The translations under genes and the position numbers were made by a program. The notes under the pieces were generated by a model that saw nothing but the letters and a program-made list of their open reading frames with translations, ran no database searches and had not been told where the DNA came from. A DNA stretch of 64,000 nt, from NCBI GenBank assembly GCA_028534125.1, contig CM052817.1, forward strand, positions 43,030,001 to 43,094,000, written 5' to 3'. The DNA comes from Lama glama (lineage: Eukaryota). This document shows, piece by piece, positions 38,293-50,814 of the stretch (position 1 is its first letter; the number at the start of each line of letters is the position of its first letter).

Positions 38293-41200
38293 TTTTTTTT
38301 TTTAAAAAGCAACCTCATGGCTGAGTGCCATCAACTTTTCTTCACCTGAACATATTCCTGTAACAACAACAAAAAATTCAGATATTCCTACTGTTTGCTC
38401 CTGGTGCCAGACTGTTTCTTCCAAGTTGTTAGAGTAAATATTACACATTTGATTTACTACGAAACTTAAATCGGGATTATTTCACTGCTTAAGTTAATTT
38501 CCCAAAAGGATAGCCTAAATATATTGCCTTTTAATTCAATATATCCCAAATCCTAATAATCCCTATCTTTACTGAGATTCGCATTATTAACATAAAAATG
38601 GCTGGTTTTCAGGCAGGCAGAAGGGAGCTATAATATTTACAATAAGCCACTAGGAACATGTACTTAAAACATAAACAAATGTCTAGACTGGGCCCAGGAT
38701 CATATCTCAATTGCTGCATTTTTTCACAATTAATTGATTTTGGTAAAACATTGTAAAATTTCATATGCTGACCAATTTTTATTTTTGGTTCTAAGTAGGG
38801 CACTCTTCCTTCCTCAAACTAAATACAGTAGGATATTGTATTTTGATGGCTTATAATCAGAATATTTTTATTTCTGTTATGTGCCTTGGAACTACAGACT
38901 GTAAACATTTCAGCTTTTTGAGTAATCCTCATCTTTGGAGGCTGGGTTTGCTTGCTGCAAACAGCCAAAATCCAACCAGAGCCAAATCCTGAGAATAAAG
39001 TGAGTGACTAACATAGACAAGGCAGATTTGGGTAAATCTTTAAGAACAGCAATGATGGGTTATTAAGTATTAAATTCTCTTGTGTAGCAAGCAGGTAAAC
39101 TGTCTCTTGAGGAAATTCCTGGTTAAGTATTGAAAAAAAAAGTCAGAGCCATGGAAGTCACTAAGTGTCAAGAGAACTGGTACTGATTTACACACGTAAG
39201 TTCTGCTTATTCTCACTGCTTCATGGCTTCATATACCTCATATTTACAATTTTAAGGTAGTAGTTCAAAGCCAACTAAAGCAGTGCTTCAACTGGTCAGT
39301 ACGGTCTGTAAAATAACAGGCATTCACTAAATAAGTGAGAATACCAAATTCACTGTTTGGTAACTGTCTATTTAAAAATATATAGCACACTTTCCTTCCT
39401 TCATGAGCAGAGGATACTAACTGAAAGTGTCCTTTGATGACCTGCGTTCTCAGCTGAAGTCGGGTTACTACTTGGTGTCTCACTGTCTCTCTGTAAAGTA
39501 GGAGTAACAATGGCATCCGCCTCATAGAGCCGCAGCCGGGATGAGAGAGCCCATGTCGAGTGCGTACAGCAGTGCTGGCACGCTGCAGGGGCTCAGCAAG
39601 GGGGGCTCAATTACTGTTACTGCTAATGCATCATGCCACCATTTCATAATGATTTACAGAGTACTCACTATATACTGCCCATGGTACTGAGAAATGAATT
39701 AAAGAGGACAGTAACTAAGATTGTCCTGAGCACAAATGCAGGGCCAAGGGTTTTTCATAAGAGTATCTCTGAACTCCCCACCATTTAGGCTCCCACAACA
39801 TCAAGGTGAAAATGCTCTGGAAGGTTTTCTAATCTTTCCTCTTCAGTCTTTTTAACCACATCTTCAAAAATGTTCCCCTTGCTTTCCATGTCTGATCACT
39901 GTTACGGCTTTCTACCAAATCAAAGATATGCAACCAAAGCTCACGCCCTGGATTTCTTATTTCTCCTCCCATTTCTTCCTTCATCCTGTTTCATAGTTTC
40001 AACTATAGCTTGAATGCAAAAACAAACAAAACAAAACAAACAAGGAGGGATTTTTAAAGATACAGCCCAATCTCTTTTCGTACATAAAGAATCTGAAACT
40101 AGGAAAAAGCTGAATGACTTGCCCAAGTTTAAGGCCATAGTGATTTTTCTGCTGATGACACTAGTTTAAAACTCTCACCTGTAAAAAATTCTACAATTTA
40201 CCTACCAGTAGAATATCACTACCAGCAAACATTCAATATAGCTTAGCACCAACCTCCTACAAAATACAACCACATACTTGTCCTGTGTTTTTTTTTTTGT
40301 ATCCTCTTTACAAAGCTACCTCTGAAAAGTAAAAACAAACAAACAAAAAAACTAATAAAATGAACACAGTATTGTTTCTATTTCAGCAAATAGTTATTTG
40401 TTGAATACTCTGTACCTGAGTATTTAACAATCTGTAGGGTTAAGTTCTAGAAATATTATAAGGCTTTATCAAAAATGAAAGAATATTCAACTTTACAAAA
40501 TATGGAAGATTAACTTCCAGAAAAGTCCCTGCTTCCTCATATACAAAATAAGGACAATAATGGAACTTACCTGATAGAGCTGAACATTAATAAAATTCAT
40601 CTTATCTAGTGAAAGTTCATTAACTATTAAGGTGTGAGAGAGAGAAAGTTTATATTAGATTATCAAAGTATATTGATAATGAATTCATTCATCAAGGTGT
40701 TGTATAGCCTACAAAGACAAGACATTTCCTGACTTCAAGAAGCCTATCAGTCACTTTAATAGTTGTGAAACCCATATACCAATCCTGATTCTAGTGATCT
40801 GGGAAAATGACTGACCAAGATAAAAATAATTGGGAGGTTCTGAAGAATCAGCTTACCTAACCAAACGAATTTAAGAACACGAATTCATCTATTCCATGCT
40901 CAAGTTTTCATAAAAGGATTATTTCTAGATGTTAAAGTTTCAAAGACATCACAGTCTTGCACAGTCCAAAAGAGGATTCCAAACTTAAAAGCTAAAATTT
41001 ACATCAATTTTCATAGGCTTTCATACACTTATTATTAGTATCTTTTAAAACAAATACATTGTGAAAAGAATGAGATACTAGTTCATGCCACACTATTTTA
41101 AATAAATATTGCAAATGTATCCTTAAATTACATAAGTGAAACTTTATAAACTATATCCAAAAATTTGAAATATTTAGAATATGTCCCAGAAATGTGGGGA

Positions 41201-44200
41201 GAGGAGCATATTTGCATAATACCATTCATATTACCTTCTTCTAATCAGGTTTCTATCTTTTAGAGGACAGTTCTTTTAGTTATAAAACAGGTGGTACATT
41301 TTTAATCATATAAGAAGCTTCCAGTTTCAAGAATATTTTGTTCTGATGTTCTTTTCCTTGCTATCGGATTATAGGGGATGAATGGCTTGAAACTGCTATT
41401 GTAATTACATGCCTTCTGTTGTCTCGTCATTTAGGGTATAAGGGAGGGGCTGGAAGACTTTACAGCTCACTTTGAATTGGAAGCATACTGCCTGCCATCA
41501 TTTCTCAGCAATTTACCATGCCAGACCCAAGGATTAGTGGATTAGAAGGTTTTACCAAAATCTGTACAATTTCTCTGAAGACAGGCCAAATGACCGGCCT
41601 GTGTGTAAGAATCATACTAGTTGTGAGCAGTATTTGCCAGCCACGTTAAAAATGCCATAAAACCAACATTTCTATTACATTACTCATATTACTGTAGATT
41701 TTTATTTGAAACAGGCCACTTAACACCTTTATTCATTTTGCTACTATTTACAGAACACAGTTTAACATAAGACAGAGCTGGATTCCTACTTATAAACAAT
41801 CTGATCTTAGGCCATTGACCCCCTCTCTGAGCCTCAGTTTCCACTGTATATATATAGTAGAGTTCCATAAATGGTAACCATTATTGCTGACATTCTGGAA
41901 CAGAAAAATTCTTCATCTTCAAGAATTACTAGAATCTAAAGGTATAAACAATACACCTCATCATGGCTTATAAGCATTTAGACTGACAATCTGTAATAAT
42001 TTATGTTCCAATAAGTATTTGCTGTATCTAATGTGACCTTTCCCAACCCGAAATTCAATTCCACTTCCTGTCAGATGACATGACACAGGAGGTAAGTCTG
42101 GAGTTTGGGAGAGTAGGGGAGGGAAATTCACCAAACCTAATTAAAAATGAACTGCAATACAAGAAATCTAAAATATCAGTGACAAAATTCTTCAAATACG
42201 GTATGTTTCAGAAGTTGAGAGTGTTTATTAAAGCGAGGTGGTCTACGCTATAATTCACAGAGCCACACATCCCACGTTAGTATACAAACTAACTGTGGCA
42301 CGATGCCTCGGGGAGAAGGAAGGCTGGGTGTGTTTCAGGACTGGGAACAGACACCATGCTTTTAACATGATGTTTATGTGGACACTGTCCTGAATACTGA
42401 TAGCTAATGCTCTAATAAAAACAGAAATGGCACCACTAAAACAGCTCTTGGTAGGGGACAGCTTCACAAACAGGTTCTCCACTATACTGAAAGGTTTCAT
42501 TCAGTTAATTAGCCTGTTATTACTGGAACTCTGTACTACTAGTTGGAGAGCACCTACAAAACTTATTTAACACTAAGATTTTGGAATTTAGTGGTAAGTA
42601 GGAACAATAATATTTAATAACAGTGCCGCCACCACCAGTCACAACAGCAACCAACACCGAGGATGTCTGTGTGTGTGTGTATAACATTTTCTCGTTTGGT
42701 CCTTTCGTAATCTCATCAAATAACTAATATTATCTCCAGTTTAAGATAAAGAAACCCTACAAGAAATCAGGCCACACCCAGTATCACATGGTTAATCTGT
42801 GCCAGAACTAGGATTCATACCCCAGGCTTTATCATTCCAAAGTCAATTGTTCATTGTGATACACCTCCCTACTCATATCAGTTTAGTAACCTACAATAGA
42901 AGGCATATATAGTCTCATTATAATTAAAATACCAATTTGTGGACTAAGATATTCCCTTTATATACAGCACCAGATTCTTGGAGTAATTATTTGATTTCTG
43001 TATAAATGAGTAATTATAAAATTTAATTTTGCCCATAAAGAAATGTCTAAAAATAAGAAAAGCTAGATTTGATTCATTTTAAGACAAGGTCTACACCAAA
43101 ATATTATCTTCAGCTAAGCTTCCTAAAAAGTCTGATAGTGACATCATAGCTAAGGCAACAAACAGAAAGATGCATCTATTTGGACAAACTAAGGCAGGCT
43201 GCTGACGGTAGCAGATCCGCAGTACACACGGCTAAGAAGGAGCAGCAGCAGGTATTTTTGCCTCTGGACCACAGAGGTGTGGGGCCTGGAGTTACGGGCC
43301 CATGGGGCAGCCATTCCTCTAGTTGCAACTCCTTCCCCCTGTTTTGGAAGCTGGACTTCAACGAAAATTCACAAGGAAAACTATGTCCAACATAGAACTA
43401 GTCACCCAGACAAATTATCAGTCAAGTACTAGGTTAGGGAAAAAAAGATATTTCTAGGCAGCAAAGTTTATAAGTTTTCCTCTCATGTATATACACTTTC
43501 TCAAGAAACTACTAGAGGAGTTGCTCTACTAACCAAGAAGGAGGAAGAGAGGAGATCCAAGAATTCCCAGAAAGATCAGCGGGTAAAAGGAAACACTAGG
43601 ACGATGAGTGTGTGGCAGACACAGGAAGCAACCAACTCCCACTGCAGAGCTTCATGGGAGACGTAATCGAGCAAAAATGAAAACGACAGCCACCTTAAAC
43701 TGGGAGGAAATTTACACTTCCATGCGGAGATGATGAATCAATGACAGGGTACATAGAAAACCAAGGGAACAAAAACATAGTCATTTTTATAGACATCATT
43801 AAAATTAACTCTAGGAAAAATAAAACCTTAGAGATGAAAGGAAATGTTATCATGGCATACTGGACCTCAGTGGTAACAAATATTTACATATTCAGAAAAT
43901 GTACACATTGAACACTGGCAACCAACAACTGTGTCAGAGCTGTACTGGAAGGCAGGGAAAGGACATGTGCTTCTGATTCCGGCTGAGTGCTAACAGTGTA
44001 ATTAATCTCCACCATCATTTTCCATAATAGGAAGTCTACAGATATTATCTAAAACTGAAGAAAAAAGTAAGAAATTGAAGAATAAGTATGTCATATTAAA
44101 GTGCCGGAAGTGAAATATTACCTCTAGGGAGTTTGAACAGGGTAAGGGGACAGGGACGGAGCAGGCGGAGAAATGACGTTTTTCAGTATAAGCCTTGTTA

Positions 44201-45960
44201 AATCCAACTTTTTAAAGCAGATACATAGATTATTTTTACCTAAAAACTTAGGTTAAAAATAATTTTATAAAATTATGATAAACTGAAGAAAAGCAAAGTA
44301 AAAACTAAGCCATTCTAATTTCAAAGTTAAGATGAAAAGTTTTAATGGAAATTTTGCTTTCAAAATAAAAAGAACACAACTAACAAAGCCGGTGTGAGGA
44401 ACTAGATTCAGGACAGCGGGTCTTCTTAAATGCATTTTGCCTCTAGAATTCTTCCAGCATCTGCCTCATGACTGAATTTACCTTATTCTCTATGGGGTTT
44501 ACCCAAAATTAAATTACGTTCAGTAATTGTCAGCTCTCAAGATTCAAGTAAGCTGGCTTATCAGATACTCATCACTCTGTATTGTACACAAACACACACT
44601 CACTTAGACCTAGTTTCTTACCTTCCTTCTGTCCTAGTCCTATAAATCTCCAGATGCTCACACTGCCAGGTGCAAGACATTTTCATTGGGTAGAAATCCT
44701 TTTTCTTTTTCTAATTTTTTCCTAAAGCTTATGAAGAAGTTAATTTTTGTTTCAGAGATTTAATTATTTTACTATTAGAAGAAAATAAATGCCTTCAAAT
44801 AGTTAACTGCTATTTAAAAAATATTTATAACAAAGTATTTCTAGCTTGGTGATGAACAGGTCCGTGGCAGTAAGTTATTTTGGGATTTTTAAAATTTTAA
44901 TTATGTATTTTGAATCTGATAAAAATAAATTAACAATGCTAATATAGCAAAGTGATCATCTTTTCTTCTCTCTGAAGGCACATTTCTCTGGTGACCATTA
45001 TCTCCTTTATTCCAGCCTATGTACTCAATTTTTCATAACCAAACTATTCCACTGTTCATATTAGCACTAAATCTAAAAATATTTTTGGAGGGGTAGCACT
45101 GATATCAAAGGACATTTTTATGGTCATTGACCTAACACTAAGGACAGTGAATTTTTAGGAATAGTCATACTTTGTTCATACATCCAGTGAATATTTAAAT
45201 GTACTTACTGGATTAGCTACGGGGAAGGATTCAAAGAAAACTCATGTTTTCAACCCTTAATAAGCTTAAAATCTAATAAAGATGTTAAATACAGCAAAAG
45301 AAAAAAAATAGCAGCAATCAAGCTCAAATCTGTGAGCGTATTTCTAACCTCAAAAATCCTAGGCCAACCCCAAAATAAGGCAGTCCAGGGAAAAAGGCAA
45401 ATCAGTGAGGCTTACTCTAATTCCTGATTCTACTCTTCACTTCCCCAGGTTCTTTCTGAGCTATTAGAGAACAGAGAAGACGTCGCATAGATCCGTGCAA
45501 ACCCAAAGGATTATGCAATTCCCTCCAGAGAATGAATGAGAGCTAGTGCTGAACCCGCTTTCTGCCACAAATTGATCAATACAAAGTCACCGTGTTCTGT
45601 AGAGCTTTTGAAGACCATCTGAACTATTAGAATTTTTTTAAAAAAGTAACATTTTATGACCTAGGGTATTGGAGGAGTGAGGGAATGCATCTATGCAGAT
45701 AAAACAGACACAGAAAACTGTCTTCCCCAGTTAATGATATCATGTCATTCACAAAAAAGATAACTGGAAGAAAATGAACAGAAAATGACCCAAAAAAATG
45801 GACTATTTTCAATAAATGTCAAAGAGTAAAAACACAGAATGTGAAAGTATGTAGAAACACTCTTAGTTACTGTGCTACATGTTCTGGATAACCAAATCTC
45901 AATGATGAAAGGCTATGACATTGCCTCAATGTATTCATCAGAAATTTCGGACACCTGTCT

Positions 45961-46086
45961 TACTTTGGCTTTACATTCATGCATTTTTCTTTTGTTGTTC
46001 TCTCTTGCATGTATTTCTTTAAATGATAGTGATGATGTTACATATGTAACTTGCCCAAGTGAGAAATAAAAGGAACAGAACCAAAA
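45961..46086 (-). repeat. Local direct duplicate of the BMP2K exon end/donor region 46741-46866
   Basis: 46022-46086 matches 46802-46866 at 61/65 positions, ungapped, offset 780 bp. Confidence 0.93.
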
Positions 46087-46834
46087 AACATGGTTGACAG
46101 TTACCTTGAATATATGAAACAAAACTTTTACCTTCTAGGAAAGCATGATTTCCTCCAATACAGTTCCCTTTTTTTTAGGTTAAACTCAGGTTTTCCACTA
46201 TAACCATATACACAGATGAATCTATTTATGACAAAGTGGTGTCCAACTCCATCCTAGGATCTTCAACAGTGCTAACTGGGTAATTACTTTGAAAATACTA
46301 TTATAAATATTTTTTAAATAGTGGATAATAACAACTTTTACATTTTGGCTTAAAATCAAAACAAGGATGTAAGAAGAAAAGAGTAGGTAATTTATCACAA
46401 ATTGTGACAAATACAAAATCACCAATACTTTTTAAATGCAGCTACAAGAGCATGTATAAACTAGGAAAACAGAATATTTAAGCAAAAGCTAAGTATAAAA
46501 TGTCTTTAAACATATCTTAATATTAAAAGGAGAGATATTTTCATGCATAAATTTTTTCAGTAGTACCCAATAGTCAAGGCAGAAAGAAACAGTTATAGTT
46601 CCATTATGCAAATCTGCATTTTTCTGGGTTGGCAAAAGGCACAAATTGAAGAACCCACTGGAAAGAACGTTTGGAAGACTAGAATGGCTACAGGTTAAAA
46701 TAATTTCCTGTTCTATTTTCCGTAACTAGCACTTGATTATTACTTCGACTTTACATGAATAAAGTTTCTGGCTCTTGTGATCGTTCTTGTGTGTACTTTT
46801 TAATGATAGTGATGACGTTACATATGTAACTTGC

Positions 46835-46945
46835 CTGAGTGAGAAATGAAAGGAACAGAACCAAAAGGATCTTCTGGAGGATGCTCATGTGGAGCAGAAA
46901 GTGGCTCTACATTCTTATCTGAGGGTGCTCTCTCCTCGAGCCTGT
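46835..46945 (-). CDS. BMP2K: BMP2K penultimate coding exon (GC donor; read-through gives ...SHSGKLHM*, stop 46818-46820)
   Basis: Acceptor atttttgcag|. Encodes (N)RLEERAPSDKNVEPLSAPHEHPPEDPFGSVPFISHS(G); donor TCAG|gcaagt. 111 nt, phase 1-1, fits both neighbours. Confidence 0.93.
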
Positions 46946-48273
46946 CTGCAAAAATAAGACGAAACAAAACAAAAAGTAAAATAAAAACAAAAGGATCTTT
47001 AAATTAAAAAAAGTGTCAAACAGTTTAATAAAAGTGAAAATTAAGCAAAGCAATAGCCTTCTTGAAAAATTTTAGCTTCAAAGTTCATTTGTTTAAGTAT
47101 TAGGGGGTGGTCCTGAGTTTAATTCATATTTGATGCTACGAAGCCGAGTTTAACAATATAATCACAGTGCTAGATTTCACTAAATACAATTAACCTAATA
47201 AATGACTTGCTTTGGTTTACTTAAATACCGGTTGTCTTTCAGTTGTAACATATTGGATCTGAAGTTAAACCCAGATTACTAAACAGAGACGTATTTGGCA
47301 GACTTTCTCCAAAAATACATACGGAAAAAATACTGCAAATGGTCGCTCATTCATAAAATAAGTAAATCTTATTTCTCAATAGCAATAAAAAGTAACTCAT
47401 TACACATTACTTCATTTTTATATGTTATTGTTCATTTCTCATATTATTTTGTTAAACCATTCTCACACATGCAGATACAAAGATGGAGATGTTTCTCTAC
47501 TAAATTAAAAGCCTTAACAACAGAATTCATTCTTTCACTCAGCAAATGGTAGAGCATCTAGTATGTGCCAGGCACTCTTCTAGGCAACGGCCATGCAACG
47601 TCAAACAAAAAGAGGACTTCTGCCCTCGTGGAGTTTATATGCTGGCATGGAAAAACCACCGATAAGCAACGAACGTGATGAGAAATATGGACAGTATGTT
47701 TAAAAAGAAAAAAGCTAGAAAGAAAAACATAGACAACCTAAAAGCAACTAAGGGAGTGGGCACAGGCTGCAGTAACAGAGTGGTTCTAATAGGTACCAGG
47801 TGAGAAAAGACCCCAAGGAGGCGGGAGTAGATGACCCCTGGGGAAGATCATGCCAGGCAGAGGAAGAGCTAAAGCAAAGGCTGGCAGCAGGGCTGGGTCT
47901 GCTGTGTCTGAAGTAGAGTTACTGAAGTACCTTAATTCCCTGGTAGTGAGTACTTTCCCGTTCCTAATCCCTGCACACTTCAGGCACTTTATCAGTTGAG
48001 AACTTCCAGATTTTATAAGATGTCTATCTATCCTCTGATTCTTAGTAATCAAACATACAATTAGGGACCCAATCTGCCCTTACAGATATTTTAAACATTC
48101 CCAGGACTATACTTCTCATATTTAAGGAATTATATGGGTAAATTATGCTGGTTTCATTTGAGTTCTAACGGATCACAAGATGGGAAGGGAGAATCCAAAC
48201 AGAATTCTCTAAAAAATGACTTATAAGCACAGAGTGAAGCAAAAGCCCCCAGTGAAAGCAGCAATCTCTTAGA

Positions 48274-48432
48274 ACAGTGCTTCTCAAATTTAACGTGCAT
48301 TCTAACCACTCAGGGATTTGTTAAAACGCAGAGTCAGACTGGATGGTGCTGGAACAGATGTTGAGATTCTGCACTTCAACAGGCTCCCAGATGATGTGAC
48401 ATTGCTGGTCCAGGGAGCACACTCGTGAGTAG
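48274..48432. mobile_element. MER5A-like hAT DNA transposon relic
   Basis: cagtgcttctcaaattt...gatttgttaaaacgcaga...ttctgcacttcaacaggctcccagatgatg...gctggtccagggagcacact. Confidence 0.7.
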
Positions 48433-50771
48433 GCCACAGCCTAGAGTCTACAATATCCTGAAAATACTTCATTCTTGCTATGGACAACTGATTCTTTAAA
48501 CACCATCACTACACAATTATCCGCTTGTATGGCTAAAACTAATTCTGCAACGTCCACATGAAACTTTGGGTTGTCTAAAATTTTACTTAAAATTTTGTTG
48601 AAGCACTAACTAGTATTTTAAGGCAACTCATCTGATAACTGATTTATTCACAAATGAAACTTCCAAAACTTAAGAGGCTCTTTTTAAATCCAACAGAGAA
48701 ATGGATAACAATGAAAATTTATTTTAGGTGTTCTTTTTCAAGATATTAACTGTATATTTAATTCAGGAAATCACTAACAAATGGTGATTGTACTATGAAA
48801 AAATGCTCCTTTCATATTTTGTTGTCCAACTCGCATTGAGAAGAACTTAGTTTCATAGCACTTTTCTGAAAAAAAAATAAGGTTGGAGAACACTTTATAT
48901 AACCAAGGGTCTTTAATTTATTGTGGTGGGAAGCCACAACCTGACCTTAAGGAGAGGCCTATGATTCACTGAGTCACAGAGGATGCCTGTGGGTTACCAA
49001 TGTTATTGGGCTCTGGGTACATTTATAGAGCAACTGTAAAACCAGGGTTTATTCCTTGTATCAGAGTCCTCCTGGACTGCCCCCTGTCCTTCCTCCATCT
49101 CCCAAATTCTGGTGTACAAAAGAGTGAGGACAAAGCAAAAAGACACTGGCGATGGACAAATGGGAGAGACTACCTCAGAGTGAAAGCCACAGCCTATCAA
49201 TGCCCAAGATCCTTCATTCTTGAATATTGAGACAGAGCATATAAGGATACATATATTTATATATAAGTATATAGGTATTTAGGTCTAAATTAGGACCAGA
49301 TTCCCTTCCTAAACCATCTGCATCATAATTGCCAGGATTCCTGTATAAAATGTAGTTACCTGGGCCCTATTACTGACCTAATGAATCAGATGATCTGAGT
49401 AGGATCTTAGAAATCTACATATTAACATACTCTCCAGGTTTATAAACCACTTGTTCCCAATTGTTTCCAGCATATAAAAATGCAAAGTTACCACTAAGGT
49501 TCTTTGAATCCTCATGCTGTGGTGTATTATCTCCATCCATCTATGATAAAGTCATGGTAAATGTATAAAAAGCATCATGTAATTATGACAAGAGTACAAA
49601 CACTATCATGTAGGGGTAAACAAGTATTTTTTTATATGGGAGACAGTGTTCTATACAAAGTTCATTTATCCAATTATTTCAAAACAGTAATCAGAATAAA
49701 CTCACTATAAAATGAATCATGTTCTCATTGTTCCACAAAACAGAGCACCAATTTTCCCATGGAGGATTTTTTAAAAATCATTTAGATTTCTAAAGTTCAC
49801 ATGATAATCTGGGTCCCAGGGCACAAAATTAAAAAAATAAAAATACACATTAATTTTTTAAATTATCAATTACCTATAAATAAAAACTAACAAAGTGGCA
49901 GAGTTATTTTTCAAATACAGAGTTACTCCTAAGATGTATCTAAGTTCCATTTTCAAAGAAGAGGTTTTCATTAGAGCAAAACCTGAGCTTGTTTTGTCCA
50001 ACGTAAGAAACTTACCTCTTCCTGCCTCCCTAAAAGAGTTGTGTGGTGAATAAAGACAGTATCTTTTCAAGAATTTTAATTGACAAAGATGGCAAAAATA
50101 CAGGATTTAAAATCCTAGAATCAAAGGGTATTTCATAATATCATCAGACGATTAATATACTGTAAAAAGTTAATTCAGCAGCTTAAACGGATAAAGGCTT
50201 GAATGGCCAAACGGTTAATGAGTAAGACTAAACACTACAGTCTTCACCTGATACTTCTAATACTGTTCTAAAATATCTGAAAAGTTCTGTTGTTCCGCAT
50301 CAAAGGAACAACGATAGGTCTGAATTAGCTTGAAATGGTAAGAGTTCACGTTTTACAACAAACTAATTATATATACAGAAGTTTGTATCTATTTCACACT
50401 GTGGCTTCAGAGGAAAAAACCAACACATTCAGAAGAATTTGCAAAGCAGCCACAGTCTTCCATTTCTTCTACTCTTCCCCTTAGTTATTCTGATGCAAAT
50501 GTAAACAGAAACAATAAATCCATCAACAAGAAAAATATCCCATTAAGTATTACTTTTAATTAATATTAAGAGCTACACAACTATTTGAATAAATGCAAAT
50601 TAAAAAGATTTCCCACAGCAAACACCTGTATTCTAGTGTTTAATGTATTAAATATTATGACAATTAGATTTCTAAAGTTTACATACTAATCTGGATATTC
50701 TGATACAAAAGACCATGAAAAATATAAACTTAAACTTAAAAATATATTTATATTTTATATAATATATTTTA

Positions 50772-50775
<4 letters not shown>

Positions 50776-50808
<33 letters not shown>
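50776..50808. repeat. (TA)n microsatellite
   Basis: Read directly from sequence. Confidence 0.9.

Positions 50809-50814
<6 letters not shown>

Noticed and set aside
41235..41574. Minus-strand AG...GT-bounded 340-nt segment in the last BMP2K intron, considered as a fossil exon
   Set aside because: Stop codons in the frames read, length not a multiple of 3, and no homology recognised.
48905..49216. Possible ancient LTR fragment with an AP-1 site (TGAGTCA at 48970)
   Set aside because: Boundaries and family could not be supported by eye.
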